Source: Alphaproteobacteria bacterium
GTDB taxonomy: Bacteria; Pseudomonadota; Alphaproteobacteria; Micropepsales; Micropepsaceae
Direction of reading: 5' to 3'
NCBI GenBank assembly: GCA_016792785.1
Contig: JAEUML010000130.1
Location: 1,366 to 65,365 of the forward strand
DNA: 64,000 bases
In this document: positions 16,316 to 24,881 of the stretch, piece by piece
How the letters are laid out: each line of letters begins with the position of its first letter
Numbering within the stretch: position 1 is the first letter of the stretch
Notes under the pieces: generated by a model
Told to the model about the DNA's origin: nothing
What the model saw: the letters and a program-made list of their open reading frames with translations, nothing else
Database searches by the model: none
Program-made: the position numbers and the translations under genes

Positions 16316-16875
16316 CGGTGCTCACGGTTTACGACCTCAAGAAGGGACGCCAGCCCCAGGCCGCGACGCGCGACGAGAGGGAGATCTTGAAAGCGCTCCT
16401 GCCGTTCGACGTGCGCTATGAGCGTTGGGAAGCGACGAAGCCGCTTGCGCCGGGGGCGGGCCAGGACGCGGTGCTCGAGGCCTACGCGCGCGACGTCGAT
16501 CGCCTGCGCAAGATCGGCGGCTATCAATCCGTCGACGTCGTGCGTCTGCACCCGGAGCATCCGGACCGCGATGCGATGCGAGCCAAGTTCCTGGCCGAGC
16601 ACAAGCACGGCGACGACGAAGTGCGCTTCTTCGTCGAGGGTGCGGGCGCGTTTTACCTGCGCAACGACGACGTGGTGCTGAAGGTCGTGTGCGAGCAAGG
16701 CGACTTGCTCTCCGTCCCGAAGCACACGCGCCATTGGTTCGACATGGGGCCGCGTCCGTTCTTCGCGGCGATCCGTCTGTTCACGACACCGGACGGCTGG
16801 GTCGCCGAGTTCACGGGCGACAAGATCGCTGATTCGATTCCGGGCTACGACTCTTCCGAGGTGAAGGCCGCGTGA
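16312..16875 (+). CDS. mtnD: Acireductone dioxygenase (ARD cupin)
   Basis: ATG 16312 overlaps the mtnB stop. ARD cupin motifs are present: FLAEHKHGDDEVRFFVEGAGAFYL and VPKHTRHWFDMG. Confidence 0.85.
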   Translation: MTVLTVYDLKKGRQPQAATRDEREILKALLPFDVRYERWEATKPLAPGAGQDAVLEAYARDVDRLRKIGGYQSVDVVRLHPEHPDRDAMRAKFLAEHKHGDDEVRFFVEGAGAFYLRNDDVVLKVVCEQGDLLSVPKHTRHWFDMGPRPFFAAIRLFTTPDGWVAEFTGDKIADSIPGYDSSEVKAA

Positions 16876-17564
16876 GCCGCGCCGTCCTCCTCGATATCGA
16901 AGGAACGATCGGGGACATCGCGTTCGTGCGCGATGTCCTTTTTCCGTATGCGCGCGCGCGTCTTGCCGACACGTTGAGGGCACGTTGGAACGAGCCTGAG
17001 ATTGCCGCAACCGTGCAGGCTGCTTGTGTCAGTGCGATTGAGCCGCTGACGACACCAGCGCTTGCCGCCAAGCGTTTTCTCGGGTGGATGGACGAGGACA
17101 AGAAGGTCGGTCCCCTGAAGACGCTTCAGGGGATCATCTGGCGCGAAGGTTATGTGTCCGGTGAACTGAAGGCGCATCTCTATCCGGACGCGGTGGATGC
17201 CATTCACTCGTGGACGAAGCGCGGGTTGAGGGTCGCGATCTACTCGTCGGGTTCGGTCGAAGCGCAGAAGCTCTACTTCGCGCACAGCGTGGCGGGCGAC
17301 CTGACGCCGCTGCTCAGCGGATATTTCGACACCGCGACAGGCGCCAAGGGTGAACCCGGGTCCTATGCAAAGATCGCGTCCACCCTCGCCCTCCCCGCGG
17401 CCGCGATCACGTTCTTCTCCGACGCGCCCGCCGAGACCGATGCGGCGCTCGCCGCCGGCATGGGCGCCTATCGCGTCGACCGCACGAAGCCGCCCTCGTT
17501 CGAGGGGCGCGACGGAGACACAGCGGTCATCGGTTCGCTGGACACGGTTGTCGAACGGATCTGA
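16872..17564 (+). CDS. mtnC: Enolase-phosphatase E1 (HAD family)
   Basis: The GTG start overlaps the mtnD stop (GTGA). The HAD motif I is LLDIEGTIGDIAFVRDVLFPYAR. Also present are IWREGY and YSSGSVEAQKL. Confidence 0.85.
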   Translation: MSRAVLLDIEGTIGDIAFVRDVLFPYARARLADTLRARWNEPEIAATVQAACVSAIEPLTTPALAAKRFLGWMDEDKKVGPLKTLQGIIWREGYVSGELKAHLYPDAVDAIHSWTKRGLRVAIYSSGSVEAQKLYFAHSVAGDLTPLLSGYFDTATGAKGEPGSYAKIASTLALPAAAITFFSDAPAETDAALAAGMGAYRVDRTKPPSFEGRDGDTAVIGSLDTVVERI

Positions 17565-17574
17565 CCGCAGCCTG

Positions 17575-18657
17575 TCAGGCGAATCCAAACACGTCGCGGG
17601 TGACTTCGGCGTTTGTCGTGCCGGCGGTTAGCTTCGTGCCGGGTCTGGCGGCGTCGCGGTCGGCCCAGGCGAGGGCGACGGAAGCGGCGCGGGCGTCCGA
17701 CCAAGCGGTTGACATGATTGCGCCGACCGTCGTGCCACGCAGCATGACGGGACCGGGCGTCATCGCTGTGTTGGCCGTCAGCTGGACGAGCGTGCGCGTT
17801 CTCGGCGCCTTTAGGCGACGCAGCGCTTCGGCGCCATTGAAGCGGCGCGAGAGGTCGAGTGCGAAGCCGAGGTCTGCCGGCACGCGCAAATCCGATGCGT
17901 CGCGCGCGAGTTGCGCGGGGCGCCAATCGATGCCGGCGCGGGGTGCCGCGTTTTCGATGCGCGCGGTTTCGAGTGTTTCGGCTCCGATCGCAGCAACACC
18001 CAACGTCGCGCCTGCACGCCACAAGCGATCCCACACGACGGCGCCGTCGTCGGCTTGCATCCAGAGCTCCAGCGCTTCGCCGTCACGCACTAGCGACACT
18101 TGCGCCGGACGCCACGCGGGACGCACCACTTTGCCAGCACCCGCGCCGTCGCCGCCGAGCAAGCCCGCGGCTGCGAGCAAGTCTGCGGCGCGCGGGCCGC
18201 GGACGCCGATCACGGCGCGCGAGCCAGTCGCGTTGACGAGCTTCACGTCGAAGCTCCTCGCGCCGTCCAATACCCAGGCGAAGTCGCGCACGGCGGTCGA
18301 CAATTCGAACGTCGTTGCGGCAAAGCGCGCGAGAAGTCCCTCGCCCCGAACGTAGCCCGCGTCGTCGCACCACAGCGTGCGGGCGGTCTCCCCGGGCGCG
18401 ATGCGCTCGGCATCGCTTGTCGTGAGCACGCTCGCGTAGGCGGCGGCGTCTGCGCCCTCGATCAGCCAGCATTGCCGCGCCGAGAGATCGGCGAGTGTGA
18501 CGCGGGTGGCGAGCGCTTCGTGTTCCTCGCGTGCGGAGGTGTAGAGCGCGGGCACGGTGAAGCCGCACTCTTCGGCCCAGAGATTTGTCGTGCACAGTTC
18601 GGCCGTGCGCGCATGGAGCGGCGTTGCGAACCTCGCGCGGGCGGTCAGGTCGCTCAT
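17575..18657 (-). CDS. GcvT-family aminomethyltransferase-like, folate-binding protein (stand-alone)
   Basis: ATG 18657 overlaps the upstream stop (ATGA). The GcvT pattern is TPLHARTAEL...EEHEALATRVTLADLSARQCWLIEGADAAAY...TLWCDDAGYVRGEGLLARF...AVIGVRGPRAADLL...ETARIENAAPRAGID. Confidence 0.75.
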   Translation of the reverse strand: MSDLTARARFATPLHARTAELCTTNLWAEECGFTVPALYTSAREEHEALATRVTLADLSARQCWLIEGADAAAYASVLTTSDAERIAPGETARTLWCDDAGYVRGEGLLARFAATTFELSTAVRDFAWVLDGARSFDVKLVNATGSRAVIGVRGPRAADLLAAAGLLGGDGAGAGKVVRPAWRPAQVSLVRDGEALELWMQADDGAVVWDRLWRAGATLGVAAIGAETLETARIENAAPRAGIDWRPAQLARDASDLRVPADLGFALDLSRRFNGAEALRRLKAPRTRTLVQLTANTAMTPGPVMLRGTTVGAIMSTAWSDARAASVALAWADRDAARPGTKLTAGTTNAEVTRDVFGFA

Positions 18658-20249
18658 GCGTTCGCCCCAGCGCCCGCGAGCACCGCCTCGGCAGCGTTGC
18701 GGCCGTTGACGAACGTGACGCCGCCGCAGGGATGCGTGCCCGCGCCGCAAAGATAGAGCCCCGCGATCGGGGTCTCGTGGCGGCTCATACCCGCGGCCGG
18801 GCGCAACGGTCCCAGCTGGTCGAGTGTGAGGTCGCCGCCGTGCCAGTGACCGCCGACGCTGCCGCCGGTGCGTTCGATGTCGGCAGGCGTGTAAAGATCG
18901 GCGCCGAGAATGAGGTCCGGGAGGTCCGGCGAGTATTGGCGCAGCGTCGCGCCGACGGCCGCGATCAGTTCGTTCTTGGATTTTTCGTCCCAGCTGCCGG
19001 CGCGAAGCGTCTTCGGGACATAGAGGACGTGGGCGGAAAGAACGTGCTGGCCGGGCGTCGCGAGCGAGGCGTCGTGCACAGAAGGGATCGTGATCTCAAG
19101 CGCCGGATCGGGCGCGAACGTGCCTTGTTCGTAGGCGGCGAAGGCGCGGTCGAGGTGGTCGATGCTGGGGCAGACGATCAAACGCTCTTTGAGCAGACGC
19201 TTGTCGATGCCTTTGAACGCCGGAAGCTTTGCCAGCGCCAGATTGACCTTCGCGACGGAGCCCTGGTCGCGGAAGCCAGCAAGGCGGCGCTTCAGACCGA
19301 GCGGCAATTGGCGTTCGGCCCCGAGGCCGAGTAGCGTCGCCTTCGCATTCAAGCTCGAAACGACAGTCGGCGCGTAGATCGCCTCGCCGCTCGCGAGAGC
19401 CACACCGGCGAGCCGGCCTTGATCGAAGAGCAAATTCGTCACGCGGGCGTTGAGACGCAAACGGACGCCGGCGGCTTCGGCGGCCTTCTGCAGGGCGGCG
19501 GCGAGCGCCCCTGCCCCGCCTTGCGGATGGACGATGCCTTCCGGCGCCTCAGCTTCGAGCGCTGCGCGCAACGCGGCCGCGAACACCGTGCCCTGCGCGC
19601 GCGGACTGAGCGCGCTGCCGATCACTGTGTCGAAGGCGACCGCGCCCTTGATCAGCGGCGTCTCGAAGGCCTGATCGAGGAGCTCGCCGACCGACCCGTC
19701 GAGCAGTACTGCGGACTCGGCATCGAGCATCATGGCGGCGCGTGTGGTGGGGCGCGCGGCGAAGAGGCCGCCGCCGCGAGCGGCCTGATCGAACGGGCCG
19801 CCGGGCGGCGTTTGCGCCCAGCGCTGGAGTTGTTGGGCGAGCTTGGCCATGCGTGCGTCGAACACCGGCCAGGCCTTCGCGTCGGCTTGCGAATGAACGG
19901 CCAGGTTCGCCGCGGTGTGGCGTAGATCGCCGTCGAGCACGATGTGCCGGCCGTCCGGCGACAACGCGACGGTGGTGATCTGTTTGGCGGAGTAGCCGAG
20001 GCCGAAGCGGGCGAGCTTCAGTGTCTTCACCACGCTTGCGTCGAGCGGACCCACGAGGTGCGCGTAGGTCGACACGCGGTGGCCGGCGACAATCTCGCCT
20101 GTGGCGCACGCCCCGCCGGCACGGCCCAGGGCTTCGACGACCAGCACACGGCGCTTGGCTTGCGCGAGCAGCGCCGCGGTGACGAGGCCGTTGACGCCTG
20201 CGCCGATGACGACGACGTCGTACTCGCTGGCGCTGCCGAGGTTACGCAT
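18654..20249 (-). CDS. NAD(P)/FAD-dependent oxidoreductase, phytoene-desaturase (CrtI)/amine-oxidase superfamily
   Basis: The Rossmann motif is YDVVVIGAGVNGLVTAALLAQAKRRVLVVEALGRAGG. The C-terminal CrtI-type motif is GLYLCGAGTHPCGGVTFVNGRNAA. The start ATG 20249 lies 8 nt inside the upstream gene. Confidence 0.8.
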   Translation of the reverse strand: MRNLGSASEYDVVVIGAGVNGLVTAALLAQAKRRVLVVEALGRAGGACATGEIVAGHRVSTYAHLVGPLDASVVKTLKLARFGLGYSAKQITTVALSPDGRHIVLDGDLRHTAANLAVHSQADAKAWPVFDARMAKLAQQLQRWAQTPPGGPFDQAARGGGLFAARPTTRAAMMLDAESAVLLDGSVGELLDQAFETPLIKGAVAFDTVIGSALSPRAQGTVFAAALRAALEAEAPEGIVHPQGGAGALAAALQKAAEAAGVRLRLNARVTNLLFDQGRLAGVALASGEAIYAPTVVSSLNAKATLLGLGAERQLPLGLKRRLAGFRDQGSVAKVNLALAKLPAFKGIDKRLLKERLIVCPSIDHLDRAFAAYEQGTFAPDPALEITIPSVHDASLATPGQHVLSAHVLYVPKTLRAGSWDEKSKNELIAAVGATLRQYSPDLPDLILGADLYTPADIERTGGSVGGHWHGGDLTLDQLGPLRPAAGMSRHETPIAGLYLCGAGTHPCGGVTFVNGRNAAEAVLAGAGANA

Positions 20250-21708
20250 CGGCGCCTGCCTTCGTGCGCGGGCGTGCGCTGTTGCCGGCCGCGAGAAGTC
20301 CTGCGTCGCCGTCGCCGGCGAACAGGCTCGGCTCAAGGACGGTCAGGCCCTTGATCGGCGTCGTGGCTGAGGCGGCACGCGGTTCGGGTACGCCTGTGAG
20401 GTCGAGTGCCGCCATCGCAGTCAGCGCGGCGGCACCCCTCGGGTCCATGACGGTTTCGGATTCTTTCGGGTGGCGCAGTTCAGCCGCTTCAATCGACGCA
20501 CCGAAGCCCGGTGCGATCGTGTCCAGAATGCGCACGCACAGCGCGCCCAACGCGTCGCGGCGTGACGCCGCCCACGGGCCTTCGGTCGTTGTCAGCGGCA
20601 CGTAGGGCATCCTGACGTGGGCGTTCCAGCGCTGCTTGTCGTGGCCGGCGACCGGGACAACGCGCAGCTCAAGACACGGGTCCTCGCTCAAGGCACGGGC
20701 GCGGAAGGCGCCGTGCGCGCGGGCCAGGCGGGCGATGGTCGGGTTGAACCGCACAATGGCCCCCGAGGCCAGCGTGGCGGTGTCCAAGCCGGGCAGCTTT
20801 GGGAGAGCGCCAATCGTCAATTTGACGTGAGCGGGCTCTACGGCGGCGCCTGAAGGCTGGTCAAAAAGCAACGGGCGGCGAAGACCCGCCAACAGTTCGC
20901 GGTGGCGGGGCGCCGGCAAGGTCGAGATCACTTGCGGCGCGCGCAGCGTCGTGCCGTCGGCGAGCACGACCGCCTGAACCGCGTCGCGCTCGGTGGTCAC
21001 TTCCTTGACGTCGGCGGCGAAGCGGACGTCGGCGTTGTTGTAGAACTTCAACAGCGCCAGAAGCGCGCGGCGCAACTCGGGCCTGCCGCCGGCGACGAAG
21101 CGATGGCCTGCGTCAGGCGCGACGGCAGCCAGCATGGACTGGCGGCGCAGCAGCACGCCGGAGGCCGGCGCCAACGGCGAGGCGCCGGTACCCATGATGG
21201 CGCCAAAGGCGTAGAGGCCCTTCAAGAGATCGTTGTCGAACGCTTCGTCCAGCAACCGCGCGAGTGGGCTCACGCGAAAGAGGACGGCGTCGGTTGGCGG
21301 ACCGTCGGCCGAGGCTGATGTCAGCCATGCCGACGCCGACAACTCGCCACCTTGCGCGGCGCGCGCGATGCGGGCGTGGAAGGGCTCGAGCGCTTCGGCG
21401 TCACGAGCGGAGAACGCGGCGATCGCGCTTTCGGCGGCGCTACGATCGGGCCAAAGGATCAGCGCGCGCTCACCTGAGAGGCCCACGACGGGCGGCGCCG
21501 CAGCGAAGCGCAAACCTTGGCTCGCAAGATCGAGCGTGCGCGCAAGGTCGAGCGCGATTACCGCGTCTTCGCCCTCGCCTATCGGCGCGGCTTCGGCTTC
21601 GCGCTCCACCACGGTGACAGCGCGGCCGGCTTTGGCCAAAGCGGCGGCGGCGGCGAGACCCTCGACGCCCGCGCCAATCACGACGGCATCAAGGCGATCA
21701 AGCGCCAT
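20242..21708 (-). CDS. FAD-dependent oxidoreductase, divergent CrtI-like paralogue
   Basis: The N-terminal motif is DAVVIGAGVEGLAAAAALAKAGRAVTVVERE. The C-terminus (GLTVLEPSLFAGDGDAG) lacks the THPGGG-type motif of the downstream paralogue. Confidence 0.75.
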   Translation of the reverse strand: MALDRLDAVVIGAGVEGLAAAAALAKAGRAVTVVEREAEAAPIGEGEDAVIALDLARTLDLASQGLRFAAAPPVVGLSGERALILWPDRSAAESAIAAFSARDAEALEPFHARIARAAQGGELSASAWLTSASADGPPTDAVLFRVSPLARLLDEAFDNDLLKGLYAFGAIMGTGASPLAPASGVLLRRQSMLAAVAPDAGHRFVAGGRPELRRALLALLKFYNNADVRFAADVKEVTTERDAVQAVVLADGTTLRAPQVISTLPAPRHRELLAGLRRPLLFDQPSGAAVEPAHVKLTIGALPKLPGLDTATLASGAIVRFNPTIARLARAHGAFRARALSEDPCLELRVVPVAGHDKQRWNAHVRMPYVPLTTTEGPWAASRRDALGALCVRILDTIAPGFGASIEAAELRHPKESETVMDPRGAAALTAMAALDLTGVPEPRAASATTPIKGLTVLEPSLFAGDGDAGLLAAGNSARPRTKAGADA

Positions 21709-21852
21709 GCGGAACTCGCGTCATCGAACTGTCGGACCCCGGGGGTGGGCGTCGCTGCCCGCGGAAGTCTAAAACGGGCGCACTTCAGTAAAGCCTAACC
21801 GGGCACGGGATGGGAAGGTGAAGGGATGATTAACCGAGCGCCGCGCGCACCG

Positions 21853-21884
21853 AAAAGCCGCCCGGTTTGATCCGGGCGGTTTCA
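21853..21884 (-). terminator. Hairpin terminator ending the AraC-to-SDR gene string
   Basis: On the minus strand, the stem CCGCCCGG / CCGGGCGG with a 6-nt loop is followed by CTTTTCGG. It is nearly identical to the hairpin at 25733-25762. Confidence 0.6.
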
Positions 21885-22049
21885 AAGTTTGCGGAGGTAT
21901 AGGCGGCTTGGCAGTTCAGCAACTCACTCCGTCGCCGTTCCCAATGTGAAGTGGTCAAACAGCCGGGTGGACCTGGTCGAGCGGATATGCGCCCCCCCCT
22001 CGTGAACTCGGGTGCTCACGCTGTATGGCTCGCAACGCTTGCGATTCCG

Positions 22050-22727
22050 TCAGCGGCGGCGAGATACAAGGGGCGCGGCCTTCACGTACTTGCAGGCCGC
22101 AGCTTCCTCGATCATCCATCGCGCCATAGCATCGTACGATACTGGCATCCAGGAATTCTGTGCACCGGGCCAATCCGCCGTAGCGACGGGCGGCTCGTTC
22201 CTGCCGCTAGAGTTTAGGCCGCCACGCACGAGCGTCCAACGAACGGACGAGAACGCGCCTTTGGCGAGGGCGTCCACGACAGCTTGTTGCTCGCGCGCGC
22301 CGCGCCCCATTCGTCCGGGCATGCAGGAGAAAAACCGCATCGCTCGGCTGGTTGACTCGCCTGGTTTGGAAACAAGCAGCGTGTTGACCAGTATCAGCCG
22401 ATCGACGCCGGCGGCCAACATAGCGGCTTCGACGTCGGTTACATGGTTGGACATCATGGCGGAGGACTCGTTGCTCGTTGGCGTCACCCCAAGCGCTGTG
22501 ATGACAACGTCGGCGCCGAGAAAAGCGCTCTTTAGGGCGGCTCGATCTGCAAGAGACGTCACAACCGCCACGCGAGAGCCTGGCGGTACCTCCGTAATGC
22601 GCTCCGGCCGCGAACGCACAATGGCCGTGAACGCAACGCCCTCGGCGCGGCATACACGCAAGAGTCCTTGACCGAGACCACCCGCGGCGCCGAGGACGGC
22701 CACGTGGCGGGGAAGTGGTTTGCTCAT
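22050..22727 (-). CDS. NAD(P)H-binding (atypical SDR / NmrA-like) oxidoreductase
   Basis: The N-terminal dinucleotide-binding motif is VAVLGAAGGLGQGLL. The length is 225 aa, with a fold pattern like the NAD(P)-binding domain family. The gap to the upstream gene is 9 nt. Confidence 0.75.
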   Translation of the reverse strand: MSKPLPRHVAVLGAAGGLGQGLLRVCRAEGVAFTAIVRSRPERITEVPPGSRVAVVTSLADRAALKSAFLGADVVITALGVTPTSNESSAMMSNHVTDVEAAMLAAGVDRLILVNTLLVSKPGESTSRAMRFFSCMPGRMGRGAREQQAVVDALAKGAFSSVRWTLVRGGLNSSGRNEPPVATADWPGAQNSWMPVSYDAMARWMIEEAAACKYVKAAPLVSRRR

Positions 22728-22736
22728 GATCGCGCC

Positions 22737-23513
22737 CTACCGGTTGGCGTTGAACGCGCAAGCACGCGCCGACGCGATGGTTCCGGCAAGGTCGGCGGGC
22801 ATCGCCATCGGCTTGAAGGCGCTGACATTGGCGCCGCCGGTGTTGCCGGTGGGCACGAGCCCCGCCCACGTCTTCGTCGCCGCGCCGATCACGCGAAGGA
22901 CTTGACCGCCGATCTCGCGCCCGTCGCCCCGGCGCAAGCCCCACATCAGCATGCGCAGATGCACGCGCACGTGCTGCACGGTGGAGGCCTGGCCCAACAC
23001 ATGCGCGCGCTCGAGGTGGTGGAAGGCCTTCGAAGCATCGCTCCCACGCTCCGCGGCCGTCGCGGCGGCGAGCTCCGCATCGACAGACGAGCGGATCCGA
23101 CTGCTGAAGCGCGAACGGTCCGACGCCTCGACCCGCTTGGAAAGGAGCAGCCACGCGAGATACGCCCCCGCGGTCACGTCATAGGTTAGGCAGAAACTCG
23201 GCCACCACGCCGGCACGCCGGAGTTGGCGATCACGTCGCCGTGCACCAGGTCGAGCAACCCGTGCCCCACCAGCGCGGCCACTACCACCCAAAGCGTCGT
23301 GCGAAACCCGACCACGGCGGCCACAACGAACGCCGCGGCGGGCACGATTTCCGAACCCAGCGCCTCGCCGCCGCCCATCACCGCGAACAGCGCGTAATAA
23401 GACGCAACTACGATCGTGACGACCGGATAAAGCGCGCGATCGCGGTTGAACCCGGCGAGCGTCGTCATGATGCCCACGCCCAGTGCCAGTGCGATGCCAA
23501 CCAGATAAGCCAT
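22737..23513 (-). CDS. Membrane protein (about 4 TM segments) fused to a DUF3703-like C-terminal domain
   Basis: ATG 23513 is preceded by GGGAGGA. The N-terminal half is hydrophobic. The C-terminal block FHHLERAHVLGQASTVQHVRVHLRMLMWGL resembles DUF3703 as I recall it. Confidence 0.65.
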   Translation of the reverse strand: MAYLVGIALALGVGIMTTLAGFNRDRALYPVVTIVVASYYALFAVMGGGEALGSEIVPAAAFVVAAVVGFRTTLWVVVAALVGHGLLDLVHGDVIANSGVPAWWPSFCLTYDVTAGAYLAWLLLSKRVEASDRSRFSSRIRSSVDAELAAATAAERGSDASKAFHHLERAHVLGQASTVQHVRVHLRMLMWGLRRGDGREIGGQVLRVIGAATKTWAGLVPTGNTGGANVSAFKPMAMPADLAGTIASARACAFNANR

Positions 23514-23594
23514 GAGCCGTGTCCTCCCAAGCAAGAGCGCTTGATCATGCCGCAAACCTAAGCCCACCCGCCCGGGCAGGCTTGAATGAAACGG

Positions 23595-24611
23595 CTACGG
23601 TGTTGGGCGCCTAGAACGGCCGTTTTCCCGCACATCCGCGACGACCGCCCGAACCGACTCAGCGACCAGACCCGGCCGATCCCAGGGGATGGCATGCGAA
23701 CTCCCCGAAGCGACGACCATCCGGCCGTCGTCGCTGAGAGCCGCCTGCCGCCGCTGGGCGTCGGCCCAATGCGGTATCGCGGCAATCGACTGATCGGACA
23801 CCAAAACAACCAAAGGCAGGGCGCCGAGCGCGGGCGCGTCCCGCAGATCCGCATCGCTTGCGGCGCGCGCCTGCGCCTCGCCCCGTGTTGCGGCGATCGC
23901 GTTTGGTCGAGTGCTCAACAGAGCGAGCAGCGTGCGAGTTTCGTCGGGCACGGACGATGCACCGGCAAGCTCGGCCCCGAATAGGCGCACGACGCCGAAG
24001 CGGCGCGCCAGCGCGTACTGAAGGCCCTGGGCTTCGACGGCCTCGATGAAGGCGTCATTCTCGGCCCTGGTCGTGAGGGCATCCATATGCTCGGAGCGCG
24101 TATCGACCAAGACAAGGCCCGCCACTTCCTCCCTATGCCGGTGGGCGAACAACCGTGCGGACTTGCCCGACAGCGAATGCGCGACCAGCACATAGGGTCC
24201 CGCAATGTCCGCCTTGACGAGAAGCCTGTGCAGTTCGTCTGCGGCATTGGCCGGTGTGCGCGGCCCGGGGCTCGCATCGCTCCATCCCATCCCCGCGCGG
24301 TCGTAGGCGCAAACCCGCGTGGTGGTCGCGAGCTCCGGTTGGACCAAGCTCCAGTCGAGCGACGATCCGCCCAGCCCCGCGTCGAGGACGACGGTGGGGC
24401 TGCCCGAACCGGCGCAATGGATGTGGAGTCGAAAGCCGCCCACATCGACAAGACGGCCTGGCGCGGGATAGGCGCGCGCATCGCCGCGGGCGGCAATCGC
24501 TTCGTAGATCGCGCCTGCCGAAGCCAAAACAATTGTAAGTGCGGCCAGCGAAAGAAGGCCGGTCACGATCCGGCGCACCGACGCATGCGTGCGTGTCGTT
24601 GCAGTGGTCAT
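23595..24611 (-). CDS. Alpha/beta hydrolase with N-terminal membrane anchor
   Basis: ATG 24611 (MTTATTRTHASVRRIVTGLLSLAALTIVLASAG). An oxyanion-type block is VVLDAGLGGSS. The nucleophile elbow is VLVAHSLSG (GxSxG variant), with a C-terminal GSSHAIPWD His region. Confidence 0.8.
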   Translation of the reverse strand: MTTATTRTHASVRRIVTGLLSLAALTIVLASAGAIYEAIAARGDARAYPAPGRLVDVGGFRLHIHCAGSGSPTVVLDAGLGGSSLDWSLVQPELATTTRVCAYDRAGMGWSDASPGPRTPANAADELHRLLVKADIAGPYVLVAHSLSGKSARLFAHRHREEVAGLVLVDTRSEHMDALTTRAENDAFIEAVEAQGLQYALARRFGVVRLFGAELAGASSVPDETRTLLALLSTRPNAIAATRGEAQARAASDADLRDAPALGALPLVVLVSDQSIAAIPHWADAQRRQAALSDDGRMVVASGSSHAIPWDRPGLVAESVRAVVADVRENGRSRRPTP

Positions 24612-24669
24612 ATCCTTATCTCCAGATCGCAACGTGAGCGGCCCGGGGCATAACCCCGGGCCATACGCT

Positions 24670-24795
24670 TCAGTGCTTGCAGGTGCAGTCTTTCGAGCAG
24701 CGGCGCTCCGCCTTGCAGCTGCAAGCCTCACCGCAGCGGCATCCCGTGCCGCAAGCGCAGGCGTTCTGGTTGGGGGTTGTGTTTGTCTTGGTCAT
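24670..24795 (-). CDS. Cys-rich 41-aa peptide, candidate metallothionein (hypothetical)
   Basis: The sequence is MTKTNTTPNQNACACGTGCRCGEACSCKAERRCSKDCTCKH. GGAGA lies 6 nt upstream of ATG 24795, and an alternative in-frame ATG lies at 24807. It has 9 Cys in four CxC pairs plus one, a terminal His and no aromatic residues. It shares orientation with the flanking genes. Confidence 0.55.
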   Translation of the reverse strand: MTKTNTTPNQNACACGTGCRCGEACSCKAERRCSKDCTCKH

Positions 24796-24881
24796 CGTCG
24801 TCTCCATAGGGTTTCCGTGCTGTCCGATTGGACGCGACCCATACCTAGGCCCCGGGAGCGGCCGCCGCTTGAACGAAACGG

